Of a stretch of 64,000 bases of DNA, positions 1-9,610 are shown one piece after another. The first letter of the stretch is position 1, and each line of letters opens with the position of its first letter. The position numbers were made by a program, and so were the translations under genes. A model generated the notes under the pieces. It was given only the letters and a program-made list of their open reading frames with translations, had not been told where the DNA came from and made no database searches. The stretch spans positions 7,993 to 71,992 of the forward strand of contig DASTCA010000054.1 in assembly GCA_035711625.1 (NCBI GenBank), given 5' to 3'. Origin of the DNA: Gemmatimonadota bacterium. GTDB taxonomy: Bacteria > Gemmatimonadota > Gemmatimonadetes > JACCXV01 > JAHWKZ01.

Positions 1-935
1 GGGAGGTCACGGTCGTCGATCGCCAGGCCGGCCGCTTCGCCTCGTGGGAGGACGTCCAGACGGCCGCCGGGGCGGGCTGGGAGTTCGCGGTCGCCCAGGA
101 CCTGCCCGGCCGGGTTGAGCGCGCGGCGGAGCTCGCGCGCGAGAAGCTGACGGCCCCCACGCTCGAAGCTCCGATTCAGAAAGACCTCGTGCTCCTTCCG
201 AACCACCTGTGGCTCACGATGCACGAGTCCGTGGGGCATCCCACCGAGCTGGATCGAGCGCTCGGGCACGAGGCGAACTACGCCGGCACGTCGTTCTGCA
301 CCCCCGATAAGCTGAACGAGCTCCGCTACGCCAGCGATATCGTCAGCTTCGAGGCCGAGAGACAGGCGCCGGGCGGCCTCGCCTCGGTCGGGTGGGACGA
401 CGAAGGAGTACCGGCGGACCGCTGGCATCTCGTCCGGGACGGCGTTTTCGTCGATTACCAGACGACCCGTGAGCAAGCCCACCGGATCGCAGAGGCGACC
501 GGGGTTACACGGTCCCACGGCTGCTCTTACGCCCAGAACTGGTCGCTGGTCCAGTTCCAGCGCATGCCGAACATCAACCTGTTGCCGGACCCGGCGGGCG
601 GGTCGGTGGACGACCTGATCGCCGGCGTGGACGACGGTCTGCTGATCGACACCCGAGGCTCGTTCTCGATCGATCAGCAGCGGTACAACTTCCAATTCTC
701 GGGCCAGGGAACGTGGGAGATCAAGAGCGGCCGGCGCGTGCGGATGCTCCGCGACGTCGCCTACCAGGCGACGTCGATCGAGTTCTGGAACAGCTGCGAC
801 GGGATCGGGGGGCCCCAGACCGTCGAGATGCACGGCTCCTACTACGACGGGAAGGGGCAGCCCGGGCAGGTGAATGCCGTCAGCCACGCTTGCCCGCCCG
901 CTCGGTTCCGCCGTGTGAACGTGCTCCCCGCGTGA
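1..935 (+). CDS. tldD: Metalloprotease TldD, 5'-truncated at window edge (reading frame 3, stop at 933-935)
   Basis: ORF 189..935 is in frame with a stop-free stretch back to position 3. The translation contains an HESVGH zinc motif and TldD-like C-terminal sequence. Confidence 0.8.
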   Translation, partial: EVTVVDRQAGRFASWEDVQTAAGAGWEFAVAQDLPGRVERAAELAREKLTAPTLEAPIQKDLVLLPNHLWLTMHESVGHPTELDRALGHEANYAGTSFCTPDKLNELRYASDIVSFEAERQAPGGLASVGWDDEGVPADRWHLVRDGVFVDYQTTREQAHRIAEATGVTRSHGCSYAQNWSLVQFQRMPNINLLPDPAGGSVDDLIAGVDDGLLIDTRGSFSIDQQRYNFQFSGQGTWEIKSGRRVRMLRDVAYQATSIEFWNSCDGIGGPQTVEMHGSYYDGKGQPGQVNAVSHACPPARFRRVNVLPA

Positions 936-942
936 TGGCGCC

Positions 943-2280
943 GTGACGGTCCTCTCGGAGCGCGAGGCACGGCGGATCGTCGACGCCGTGATGGAGCGCG
1001 CGGCCGCCGATTCCACGGTCGTCGACCTCGCATCGCAGGAGGGAGGGAACACCCGCTTCGCGGGAAACGGCGTCACGACGTCCGGGGAGATCTCCGACGT
1101 CGCCTTGACCGTGACCTCGGCGTTCGGGAATCGCCGGGGGAGCGCCCAGACGAACGGCATCGACGATGAGGCCATCGCCGCCGTCGTAAGTCGAGCCGAG
1201 GCCGCCGCGCGGCTCGCCCCCGAAGACCCCGAGTACGTGCCGCCCCTCGATTCCGCGGACTACGTCCGACCGCAGGCGCACTTCGAAAGCACGGTCGCCT
1301 ACGGACCCGCCGAACGGGCGGCCGCCGTGGCCGCGGCGATCGGCGAAGGAGTCGCGCGGGACACGACGGTTGCGGGCTTCCTGGAGAACTACGAGACGGC
1401 GCAGGCGACCGCGAACGACCGAGGCCTGTTCGCCTACCTCCCGACGACCTGGCTCGAGTACACGAACACGGTCCGGACGCCCGATGGCCGCGGCTCCGGG
1501 TGGGCGGGCATTCGACTCCACGACGCGGCCGGCCTCGACGCCGCGGCGAGAGCCCGGGTCGCCGCCGAGAAGGCGGTCGCGTCGCGGACGACGCGGCCGC
1601 TCGAACCCGGGGACCATCCGGTCATCTTCGAGCCGACCGCGACGGCGGTGATGGCAGGGGCGCTCGTGAGCCAGATGAACGCCCGCCGGGCCATGGAGGG
1701 CCGCTCCTATCTGTCCGCCCCCGAGGGGGAGACGAAACGGGGGCAGCGGCTCCTGGCTCCGATCGTCACGATCGAGACCGACCCGCTCCATCCCGTCGCG
1801 CCCGGAGGGGCGTGGGCGGGGGAGCAGCTCCCCGCGCGCCCGACCACCTGGTACCGTTCCGGCGTCGTCGAGACGCTCCAGTTCGACCGCTGGTGGGCCG
1901 CCAAGAACGATGTCGAGGCGGTGCCGGGCTCCACGAACCTCGTCATGCGGGGCGAGGAGCGCTCGCTCGAGGACCTGATCCGGGACACGGAGCGGGCAGT
2001 CCTGGTCACGCGGCTGTGGTACATCCGCGAGCTGAACCCGACGGACCTCACGTTGACCGGCCTCACCCGGGATGGCACGTTCTGGATCGAGGGCGGGAGG
2101 ATCTCCCACGCAGTGAACAACTTCCGCTGGAACGAGTCGCCGGTGCGATTCTTCGAGCGCGCGGAGGCGCTCTCGCGGCCGGAGCGGGTCGCGAACGAGG
2201 ACTGGGCGATCAGCCCCTCCTTCGTGCCGGCGGTACGCGCCTCGGCGTTCCGGTTCTCGAGCGTGAGCCAGGCGGTCTGA
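943..2280 (+). CDS. pmbA: PmbA/TldE family metalloprotease modulator
   Basis: The 445-aa product is TldD/PmbA-like. It sits directly downstream of tldD with an 8-nt gap and starts with GTG. Confidence 0.75.
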   Translation: MTVLSEREARRIVDAVMERAAADSTVVDLASQEGGNTRFAGNGVTTSGEISDVALTVTSAFGNRRGSAQTNGIDDEAIAAVVSRAEAAARLAPEDPEYVPPLDSADYVRPQAHFESTVAYGPAERAAAVAAAIGEGVARDTTVAGFLENYETAQATANDRGLFAYLPTTWLEYTNTVRTPDGRGSGWAGIRLHDAAGLDAAARARVAAEKAVASRTTRPLEPGDHPVIFEPTATAVMAGALVSQMNARRAMEGRSYLSAPEGETKRGQRLLAPIVTIETDPLHPVAPGGAWAGEQLPARPTTWYRSGVVETLQFDRWWAAKNDVEAVPGSTNLVMRGEERSLEDLIRDTERAVLVTRLWYIRELNPTDLTLTGLTRDGTFWIEGGRISHAVNNFRWNESPVRFFERAEALSRPERVANEDWAISPSFVPAVRASAFRFSSVSQAV

Positions 2281-2411
2281 GGGGCGGGAGCGTCCCTTCT
2301 GCGGCTTGACTTCCCGACGGTTCGGGATCTACGTTCCGACCTAAGGTCCGGCCTCAAGCTACGTCCATATCTTCTTCAACAGGAACTGGTTAGGCTCTTC
2401 CGTCGGAGACC

Positions 2412-3689
2412 GTGATCATGGTCCAGTGGCGTCCGTTCCTGATGATCTCCTGGGCGGTCCTGCTGGCGCTCTTCCTGTGGAGCGTCCTGCCGGTCCTGTC
2501 TCCGCTGATCCTGTTCCTCGTCCTGGCCTACATGCTGTGGCCGCTGTTCGGCACGGACACCTACAAGCGGCTCATGCTGCCGCTCGGAGCGTTGACGTTC
2601 CTGTGGCTCCTGCACGTGGCGGGAAGCGTGCTGGCGCCGTTCGTCCTCGCGTTCGTGCTCGCGTACGTCGCCGACCCACTCGTCGACTGGTGGGCCACGC
2701 GCGGGATCGGGCGGACCTGGGGCGCGCTGGCGATCCTCATGCTCGCGCTCATCCTGGGCGCGCTGGCGGTGGCGCTGATCGGCCCGCTCGTCGCGGCCCA
2801 GGGAGCTCAGTTTCTGATCGACCTGCCGCGGATCCTGGAAGAGCTGCGGGCGTGGTACAACGCGCAGGTCATGGGTCTCGCGAATTCGCAGCTGCCGATC
2901 CTGCGCGACATCCCGTTCGAGCGCGCCCTCGACGTCGAGAGCCGCGACGTGGGTCAGTACCTGCTGGATGAAATCCAGCGCCTCCATCCCTCGTGGGAGG
3001 CGGCGATGGGCGTGGGCCGCGGTCTCCAGACGGGCCTCACCATCCTCGGATACCTGATCCTTACGCCGGTCCTGACGTTTTATCTCTTGCGCGACTTTCC
3101 GAAGATGGGACGCGCCATCGAGCAGGTCCTCCCCCCGACGCGGAGGGACGGGATGCTCGACTTCCTGCGGCGATACGACCGGCTCCTGGGCGAGTACCTG
3201 CGGGGGCAGCTTCTGGTGGCGACCTTCGTGGGAATCGCGACCGCGGTCGGGTTCTGGATCGTGGGGTTCCCGAACGCCGTCCTGCTCGGTGTCGTGGCCG
3301 GCGTCTTCAACATCGTGCCATATCTGGGCCTCATCGTGAGCCTCGTGCCGGCGCTTCTGATCGCGCTCCTCACGCCGCCGTTGTGGCTGTCGCTGCTCAA
3401 GGTGATGGGGGTGTTCTTCGTCGTGCAGTCCCTGGACAGCTATTTCTTCTCCCCGAAGATCGTCGGCGACCGGGTGGGGCTGCATCCGGTCTGGGTCATG
3501 TTCGCGATCATCGGCTTCGCGTCCGTCTTCGGCATCGTAGGACTCCTGCTAGCGATCCCGCTGGCCGTTCTCGTGAAGCTCGTGATCGAAAACGGCGTCG
3601 GGACGTACAAGTCGTCGGTGTACTATCGCGACACGGTGCAGCCGCTCCTTGCAGAGGACCTCAAAGGCGAGGGAGGCGGGCCTGCATGA
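2412..3689 (+). CDS. AI-2E family transporter (PerM/YhhT-like permease)
   Basis: The 425-aa product is a polytopic membrane protein with the AI-2E/UPF0118 hydrophobic pattern. Its stop overlaps the der start (ATGA). Confidence 0.7.
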   Translation: MIMVQWRPFLMISWAVLLALFLWSVLPVLSPLILFLVLAYMLWPLFGTDTYKRLMLPLGALTFLWLLHVAGSVLAPFVLAFVLAYVADPLVDWWATRGIGRTWGALAILMLALILGALAVALIGPLVAAQGAQFLIDLPRILEELRAWYNAQVMGLANSQLPILRDIPFERALDVESRDVGQYLLDEIQRLHPSWEAAMGVGRGLQTGLTILGYLILTPVLTFYLLRDFPKMGRAIEQVLPPTRRDGMLDFLRRYDRLLGEYLRGQLLVATFVGIATAVGFWIVGFPNAVLLGVVAGVFNIVPYLGLIVSLVPALLIALLTPPLWLSLLKVMGVFFVVQSLDSYFFSPKIVGDRVGLHPVWVMFAIIGFASVFGIVGLLLAIPLAVLVKLVIENGVGTYKSSVYYRDTVQPLLAEDLKGEGGGPA

Positions 3690-5062
3690 GCCTCCCGGTG
3701 GTAGCGATCGTCGGACGGCCGAACGTGGGGAAGTCCACGCTATTCAATCGCGTGCTGGGCGCGCGAGACGCGATCGTCCATGACGAGCCCGGCGTGACCC
3801 GGGACCGGCACGCGGCGACCGCCGAATGGGCCGGCCGGCGCTTCACGCTCGTCGACACGGGCGGCCTGATCCCCGAATCTCAGGAAGAGATCGCGCGCCA
3901 GGTGAACGCGCAGATCTATGCCGCGATCGAGCAGGCCGACGTCTGCCTGTTCGTGGTCGACGGGCGCACGGGTCCCACACCGGTCGACCGCGAGCTGGCT
4001 CAGGTGCTCCGCTCGAGTGGCAGGCCGACCGTCCTGGCCGTGAACAAGGCGGACAACGCCCGCATCGGCCAGCGGATGACGTGGGAATTCTTCGAGCTCG
4101 GGCTCGGCGAGCCGCTCGCAGTCTCGGCGCTCTCCGGCATCCAGAGCGGCGACCTGCTGGACGCAGTGGTCGCCGCACTGCCCTCCGATGTGGCCGATCC
4201 TTCGGCCGATCCCGACGAGATCACGATCACGGTCATCGGAAAGCCCAATGTCGGGAAGTCCTCGTTCCTGAACCGTCTGCTGGGCGAGGAGCGATTCATC
4301 GTCTCGCCCGTCGCGGGAACGACCCGTGACGCGATCGACACCACGTTCACCTACCGCGACCGCAGGTTCCGCCTGGTCGACACCGCCGGGATCCGCCGCC
4401 ATGCCGCGCTCGAGGAGGGCCTCGAGTACTACACGTACCTGCGCGCGGTGCGGAGCCTGGATCGGGCGCAGATCGCGATCGTGATGCTCGACGCGTCCGA
4501 GCCCCTGTCGCGGCAGGACCTGAGGATCCTGAACCTCGTGGAAGAGAGGCGGCGCGGCATCGTGGTCTGCGTGAACAAGTGGGACCTGATAGAGAAGGAC
4601 GAGCGGACGGCTGCGGGGTACGAGGCCGCCTTCCGCGCGCAGGCGCGCACGCTCGCCTGGGCGCCGATGGTCACGATCAGCGCCGCGACCGGACAGCGCG
4701 TCACACGCGCGCTGGAGGTGGCCGAAGAGGTATGGAAGGAGTGGCACAAGAAGGTGCCGACCCCCGAGCTAAACAAGGTGCTGCACCGGGCGACTGCGAA
4801 CGTCCATCCGCCGCAGTCGAAAAGCCGGCGGGGAAGTCGGGTCGTGCGCGTCCTCTACGCGCACCAGGCCGAAACCGGCCCGCCGCTGTTCCTCTTCTAT
4901 GCGAACGAGCCGCAGGCGATCCCCGAGCATTACCGCCGCTATCTCGAGAACGAGATCCGCGATGCGTTCGGCTTCGCGGGCGTTCCACTGCGCCTGTTTT
5001 TCCGTTCTTCCACCGCCCGGTCGCGGCAGCGCGTCGACCCGGCGGGTCGGGAGACCGGGTGA
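3686..5062 (+). CDS. der: Ribosome biogenesis GTPase Der (EngA), two tandem GTPase domains
   Basis: Two GxxxxGKS P-loops (GRPNVGKST and GKPNVGKSS) with DTGG/DTAG motifs and a KH-like C-terminus. The listed ORF 2993..5062 has a spurious N-terminal extension; the internal ATG at 3686 overlaps the upstream stop. Confidence 0.9.
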   Translation: MSLPVVAIVGRPNVGKSTLFNRVLGARDAIVHDEPGVTRDRHAATAEWAGRRFTLVDTGGLIPESQEEIARQVNAQIYAAIEQADVCLFVVDGRTGPTPVDRELAQVLRSSGRPTVLAVNKADNARIGQRMTWEFFELGLGEPLAVSALSGIQSGDLLDAVVAALPSDVADPSADPDEITITVIGKPNVGKSSFLNRLLGEERFIVSPVAGTTRDAIDTTFTYRDRRFRLVDTAGIRRHAALEEGLEYYTYLRAVRSLDRAQIAIVMLDASEPLSRQDLRILNLVEERRRGIVVCVNKWDLIEKDERTAAGYEAAFRAQARTLAWAPMVTISAATGQRVTRALEVAEEVWKEWHKKVPTPELNKVLHRATANVHPPQSKSRRGSRVVRVLYAHQAETGPPLFLFYANEPQAIPEHYRRYLENEIRDAFGFAGVPLRLFFRSSTARSRQRVDPAGRETG

Positions 5063-5688
5063 GCGATCTCGTCCTCGGACTGCTGGCGGCGTACCTGGCG
5101 GGCTCGTTCCCGACGGCCTACCTCGTGGGGCGCGCGCGAGGCGTGGACCTCGGGTCGGTGGGAAGCGGGAACTACGGCGCCACGAACGTCTTCCGGAACC
5201 TGGGGCGCGGTCCGGCCACGATCGCCCTGGTCGTCGACGTGGCGAAGGGATACCTGCCGGTCGCCCTCCTCCCCCGGTGGCTGACTCCCGGGGCCGTTGG
5301 TCCCGGGACATTCGCCGTCCTCCTGGCAGTGGCGGCCGTGCTCGGGCACGTGTTCTCGATCTTCCTCCGCTTCCGCGGGGGGAAGGGTGTGGGGACGGCG
5401 GCGGGCGCGTTTCTCGCGCTCTCGCCGTGGGCTACCCTACTGGCAGCGGTCGCGTGGCTCCTGGTCCTGGCATGGCGACGGATCGTGTCGTTGGCATCGC
5501 TGACCGCGACCGTCGTCCTCCTGATCGCCGTGGCCGCCCTACAGTTGAGCGATTGGCCGCGCGGCTGGCCGCTCGTCGCGCTGACCGTGTTCCTCTGCGT
5601 GTTCGTGTTCTGGACGCACCGGGACAACATCCGTCGCCTGACGCGGGGGGAGGAGAAGCCGATCGTCGGCCACCGGGGCGCCGGATGA
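5059..5688 (+). CDS. plsY: Glycerol-3-phosphate acyltransferase PlsY (acyl-phosphate dependent)
   Basis: The 209-aa membrane protein carries the PlsY motif GSGNxGATN. The GTG start overlaps the der stop (GTGA). Confidence 0.85.
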   Translation: MSDLVLGLLAAYLAGSFPTAYLVGRARGVDLGSVGSGNYGATNVFRNLGRGPATIALVVDVAKGYLPVALLPRWLTPGAVGPGTFAVLLAVAAVLGHVFSIFLRFRGGKGVGTAAGAFLALSPWATLLAAVAWLLVLAWRRIVSLASLTATVVLLIAVAALQLSDWPRGWPLVALTVFLCVFVFWTHRDNIRRLTRGEEKPIVGHRGAG

Positions 5689-6704
5689 GTCGCGGCGCTC
5701 GCGAGCCGATCGCGGTCGTGGGAGGCGGGGCCTGGGGCACCGCGCTGGCGCGCGTCCTGGCGGGGAAGGGGAGCGGCGTGCGCCTGTGGGTGCGCGACCC
5801 AGAGCTGGCCCGCGCAATCGATCGGGCCGGCGAGAACACCCGCTACCTTCCCGGGGTCTCCCTCGAGGGGGTGGTCGCGACCGCCGATCTCGAAGGGGCG
5901 CTCGACGGCGCCCGGCTGGTCGTGTCCGCGGTCCCGAGCCACGTCGTCCGAACGGTCATGGGCATGGCCGCCGCCCGGGTGGACCCCGAGGCGATCGTGG
6001 TCTCGGCGTCCAAGGGAATCGAAGAGCGAACGCTCAAGCGCATGACCGAGGTGCTGGCGGACGTTCTGGGCGGGGAGCGCAGGCTGGCGGCTCTCTCCGG
6101 GCCTTCGTTCGCCGCGGAGGTCGGCCGCGGCGCGCCGACGGCGGTTACGCTCGCGGCCCACGATCCCGTCGTCGCCGAGTCGGCGCGCGAGGCGTTCTTC
6201 GCCCCCCGCTTCCGGGTCTATACGTCGGAGGACGTCGTCGGTGTGGAGCTCGGCGGCGCGGTGAAGAACGTGGTCGCGATCGCGACCGGGATCGCGGACG
6301 GACTCGACTACGGGCACAACGCGCGCGCCGCGCTCATCACGCGCGGACTCGCGGAGATCTCGCGCCTGGGGACCGCGCTGGGCGGGCAGCGACTGACGTT
6401 CATGGGCCTCGCCGGTCTCGGCGATCTGGTGCTGACGTGCACGGGAGACTTGAGCCGGAACCGCACCGTGGGTTTGCGGCTGGCCAGGGGCGAGGCGCTG
6501 GAGTCGATTCTCGCGGGTATGGGACAGGTGGCCGAGGGCGTGCGCTCGACCCGGTCGGTGCGGGATCTCGCCGTACGCATCGGGGTCGAGCTGCCGATCG
6601 TCGAGCAAGTGTACGAGATGTTGTACCACGCGAAGAGCCCGCAGATCGTGGTCGAGGAGCTGATGACTCGGGAGTCCAAGCCGGAGTTCCAGCCGGCGCG
6701 GTAG
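5685..6704 (+). CDS. gpsA: NAD(P)H-dependent glycerol-3-phosphate dehydrogenase
   Basis: N-terminal GxGxWG Rossmann motif, a GAVKNV motif and a typical GpsA C-terminus. The ATG overlaps the plsY stop. der-plsY-gpsA is a conserved cluster. Confidence 0.9.
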   Translation: MSRGAREPIAVVGGGAWGTALARVLAGKGSGVRLWVRDPELARAIDRAGENTRYLPGVSLEGVVATADLEGALDGARLVVSAVPSHVVRTVMGMAAARVDPEAIVVSASKGIEERTLKRMTEVLADVLGGERRLAALSGPSFAAEVGRGAPTAVTLAAHDPVVAESAREAFFAPRFRVYTSEDVVGVELGGAVKNVVAIATGIADGLDYGHNARAALITRGLAEISRLGTALGGQRLTFMGLAGLGDLVLTCTGDLSRNRTVGLRLARGEALESILAGMGQVAEGVRSTRSVRDLAVRIGVELPIVEQVYEMLYHAKSPQIVVEELMTRESKPEFQPAR

Positions 6705-6717
6705 GAAAGGAGGACGA

Positions 6718-7119
6718 ATGGGATTCAATCCGATCGCGAGGAAGGAGTACTACTCGATCGGCGAGGTGTGCCGGATCACGGGGCTCAAGCCCCACGTGCT
6801 GCGCTACTGGGAGACCCAGTTCAAGGGGCTGGTCCCCGTCAAGAACCGCGCGGGGAACCGCGCCTATCGACGCCGTGAGATCGAGATGATACAGCTCGTA
6901 AAAGAGCTGCTCTACGACAAGAAGTACACGATCGAGGGCGCCCGCCGGCGGCTCGAGGACCTGAAGCGGAGCGCGGGGTCGAAGCTCGAGTCCGAGCTGG
7001 AGGAGGCGAAGGTGAAGGACACCTTCGAGACGCTGGCCGAAGATCTGGGCGCGCTGGTGGGATACATCGACGCCTTTCGGCGCGGCGACGCCGAACCCGG
7101 AGCGCCGGGAGCCGCGTGA
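6718..7119 (+). CDS. MerR-family HTH transcriptional regulator
   Basis: N-terminal HTH (YSIGEVCRITGLKPHVLRYWE) followed by a coiled-coil. The stop overlaps the GTG of the downstream Trx-NHL gene. Confidence 0.75.
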   Translation: MGFNPIARKEYYSIGEVCRITGLKPHVLRYWETQFKGLVPVKNRAGNRAYRRREIEMIQLVKELLYDKKYTIEGARRRLEDLKRSAGSKLESELEEAKVKDTFETLAEDLGALVGYIDAFRRGDAEPGAPGAA

Positions 7120-8576
7120 CACCAGCGCCGCGGGTCCGTGCGCCCGTCTTCCCCGAGGACCTGGACTGGCTGCACGTGACCCGGCCCCCGACGTGGGACG
7201 ATCTGCGCGGCAAGGTCGTCGTGCTGGACTTCTGGACGTACGGTTGAATCAACTGCGTTCACATGCTCCCGCGGGTCCGGGAGCTGGAACGCGAGCTCGG
7301 CGACGCCGTCGTAGCGATCGGAGTCCATGCCGGGAAGTACCACCGCGAGCGGTTCACGGAGGCGATCGCCGACGCCTGCCGCCGCGAGGGTGTTTCCCAT
7401 CCGGTCGTGAACGACCGTCGCTTCCGATTCTGGCGCGAGAACGCAGTCGCGGCGTGGCCGACGATCTCGATCGTCGATCCGGAGGGGTATGTCGTCGGGC
7501 AGCAGTCCGGTGAGCTGCCGTACGGGCCGCTGCGCGACTTTGTCGCGAACCTGATCCAGGAGCACGAAGGGAAGGGGACGTTGGATCGACAACCCTGGTC
7601 GCTGCATGCCACGCCGGACGAAGGGGTCGGCGGTGCGCTCCGCTATCCCGGCAAGGTGGCCGCCGATATCGAGGGCAGGGTCGCGGTGTCGGACAGCGGG
7701 CACCATCGGGTCGTTTTCGGGCATGCGCTCGGGAACTCGCTCGAGGTGCAAGCCGTGGTCGGGAGCGGCGCGGCCGGATTCGCGGACGGATCGTTCGAGG
7801 AGGCCGAGTTCCGCGAGCCGCAGGGCCTGGCACTGGCGGGCGACATGCTGATCGTCGCGGATCGGGGGAACCACGCGATCCGGATGGTCGACCTCGCGTC
7901 CCGCACGGTGGCGACCATGGCCGGGACCGGCAACCTGGGGGAGGGTCGCTCGGGCCCGGGGGATCCGCTCGAGACCGCGCTCCGGTCGCCGTGGGACGTG
8001 CTCCTGCACGACGCCGGCTTGTTCATCGCGATGGCCGGCGCGCATCAGATCTGGCGGCTCGACCTGCGCGCCGGGCGGATCGGCCCCCATGCGGGCTCGG
8101 GGCGCGAGGACATCGCGGACGCCCCCGCACCCGCTGCCGCTCTCGCTCAGCCCATGGGGTTGGCGACCGACGGCGAGCGGCTCTACTTCGCCGACGCCGA
8201 GACGTCCAGCGTGCGGGTCACGTCGTTCGAACCGGGCGGCAGGGTCGAGACGCTGGTCGGGACCGGCTTGTTCGAGTTCGGCGATCGGGACGGGGAGGGG
8301 GACGAAGTCCGACTGCAGCATGCCGCCGGGCTGGCGTGGGGTCCGGGGAACCACCGGCTCTGGATCGCGGACACGTACAACCACAAGCTGAAGACGCTGG
8401 ACCCCGCGACGCGCCGGGTCGAGACCGTGGAGCCGTTCGAGGAAGAGCTATCCGAACCGATGGGGTTGGCCGCAGCCGGGCACTACATGCTCGTGGCCGA
8501 CACGAACCACCACCGGATCCTGCGGGTCGACCAAATCGACAAGCGGGTCGTTGAATTGCAAGTAGAAGGTCTGTGA
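7116..8576 (+). CDS. Thioredoxin-fold (TlpA/AhpC-TSA-like) + NHL-repeat beta-propeller protein (NHLRC2-like). Candidate selenoprotein with in-frame TGA at 7245..7247 in a U-x-x-C redox motif. The ORF-track version is 7263..8576.
   Basis: A GTG at 7116 overlaps the MerR stop and reads in frame ...LRGKVVVLDFWTYG-TGA-INCVHMLPRV... This places TGA exactly at the first Cys of a WCxxC-type thioredoxin active site. The protein continues in frame into ORF 7263 and the NHL repeats. Confidence 0.55.
7265..7284 (+). other. Stem-loop GCUCCCG-CGGGUC-CGGGAGC starting about 17 nt downstream of the in-frame UGA; candidate bacterial SECIS element
   Basis: Perfect 7-bp stem with a GGU-containing apical loop, placed where bacterial SECIS hairpins sit (apex about +25 to +30 from UGA). 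Confidence 0.35.
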
Positions 8577-8648
8577 TTGGTTAACATGGATCGCGTGAGG
8601 CGCAACTAGAGATCGACGGTTCCGCCAGGCACTGGTAGAATTGCTTGT

Positions 8649-8924
8649 ATGCTTCCCCCGAAGGACCCCCGCCAGAAGACCGGCTATCAGCTGCGACGCT
8701 CCGTCGTTCACGCTGTCCGCGATGCCGTCCGCAACGGAGCCGCCGAGAGCCAGAGTGCCTTCGTCGAGCGCGCGCTCGTCCGTGAACTGAGAGACCTCCG
8801 CAAAGCGAACTTCTCTGTGGCCTACGGCGAGGCGGCCCGAGACCCACTGTTCATGGAAGAGATGAAGGCCACCGATGCCGCGTGGGATGCCGTCACGGAC
8901 GACGGCCTCCATGCGAATGGCTGA
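8649..8924 (+). CDS. Type II antitoxin, ribbon-helix-helix (CopG/ParD-like)
   Basis: The 91-aa product has an RHH-like segment (SVVHAVRDAVRNGAAESQSAFVERALVREL). Its stop overlaps the MazF start. Confidence 0.6.
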   Translation: MLPPKDPRQKTGYQLRRSVVHAVRDAVRNGAAESQSAFVERALVRELRDLRKANFSVAYGEAARDPLFMEEMKATDAAWDAVTDDGLHANG

Positions 8925-9324
8925 GAGGCCCGATCGTGGGAGCATTCGCCGGTGGGATCTCTACGGGGTCGACTTGGAGCCCGTGGTAGGAAGCGAACAG
9001 GGCGGCGCACGTCGTCCCGGATTGATCATCTCGAGCGACGACTTCAACGAGCACTTCCCGATCGTAACCGTCATTCCCCTGACCGGAACGCACCGCAAAC
9101 GCCGCCGGGTCTACCACTTCGAGATGATCCTGGAGCGTGGAAGCGCGGGCAATTCCGAGGATTCGATTGCCATGCCGCAGCAGATCCGAACCGTCTCCAA
9201 GACCCGACTCCGCGGACGGATGGGCAGGCTGAGTGCTCGGCATCTCCAGGCAAAGATCGAGCATCGCGTACTCGAGCACCTCGGCATCGAATCCGAGTTT
9301 GCCGCACCGGAGAGTGGCGCCTAG
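8911..9324 (+). CDS. mazF: Type II toxin, MazF/PemK family endoribonuclease
   Basis: Motifs [35 protein letters not shown] and VIPLT match the MazF/PemK core. Start is ATG at 8911 or 8917; the listed ORF begins at 8875. Confidence 0.8.
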   Translation: MRMAERPDRGSIRRWDLYGVDLEPVVGSEQGGARRPGLIISSDDFNEHFPIVTVIPLTGTHRKRRRVYHFEMILERGSAGNSEDSIAMPQQIRTVSKTRLRGRMGRLSARHLQAKIEHRVLEHLGIESEFAAPESGA

Positions 9325-9335
9325 CTTTTCTTCGT

Positions 9336-9412
9336 CGGGGCGTAGCGCAGCCCGGTAGCGCACCTGAATGGGGTTCAGGTGGTCGCAGGTTCAAATCCTG
9401 TCGCCCCGACCA
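9336..9412 (+). tRNA. tRNA-Pro (anticodon GGG)
   Basis: Manual cloverleaf: acceptor CGGGGCG/CGCCCCG, U8, D-stem GCGC/GCGC, anticodon stem CCUGA/UCAGG with loop AUGGGGU, T-loop UUCAAAU, discriminator A, encoded CCA. Confidence 0.9.
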
Positions 9413-9610
9413 GCATAAACGGAAGTCCGATCATGACTTACACGTTCGGGCTTCGCCTTTCTTAAGGTCGGGGTGTTCCAAGTGCGCAATAAGTGCCCGC
9501 GGTAGTGCTGAAGAAGGCAACACAGAACAGCCTCCAATCAGCAGACATACCCGCTGTCGCTCATCAGGGGCTTCCAAGCACGGGTAACACGGCTCTTAAA
9601 TCAGCAAGCT

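Noticed and set aside
2993-3685. Long N-terminal extension of the der ORF (listed 2993..5062)
   Set aside because: The extension is Arg/Gly/Pro-rich low-complexity sequence overlapping the AI-2E permease gene in another frame. The conserved Der N-terminus begins at the internal ATG at 3686.
5172-6728. 518-aa minus-strand ORF antisense to plsY/gpsA, and similar Arg/Asp/Gly-rich antisense ORFs throughout (e.g. 880..2109, 2376..3485, 13701..15308, 26702..28105, 35259..36761, 48297..50171)
   Set aside because: These are typical GC-rich antisense frames with low-complexity composition. They fully overlap well-supported genes.
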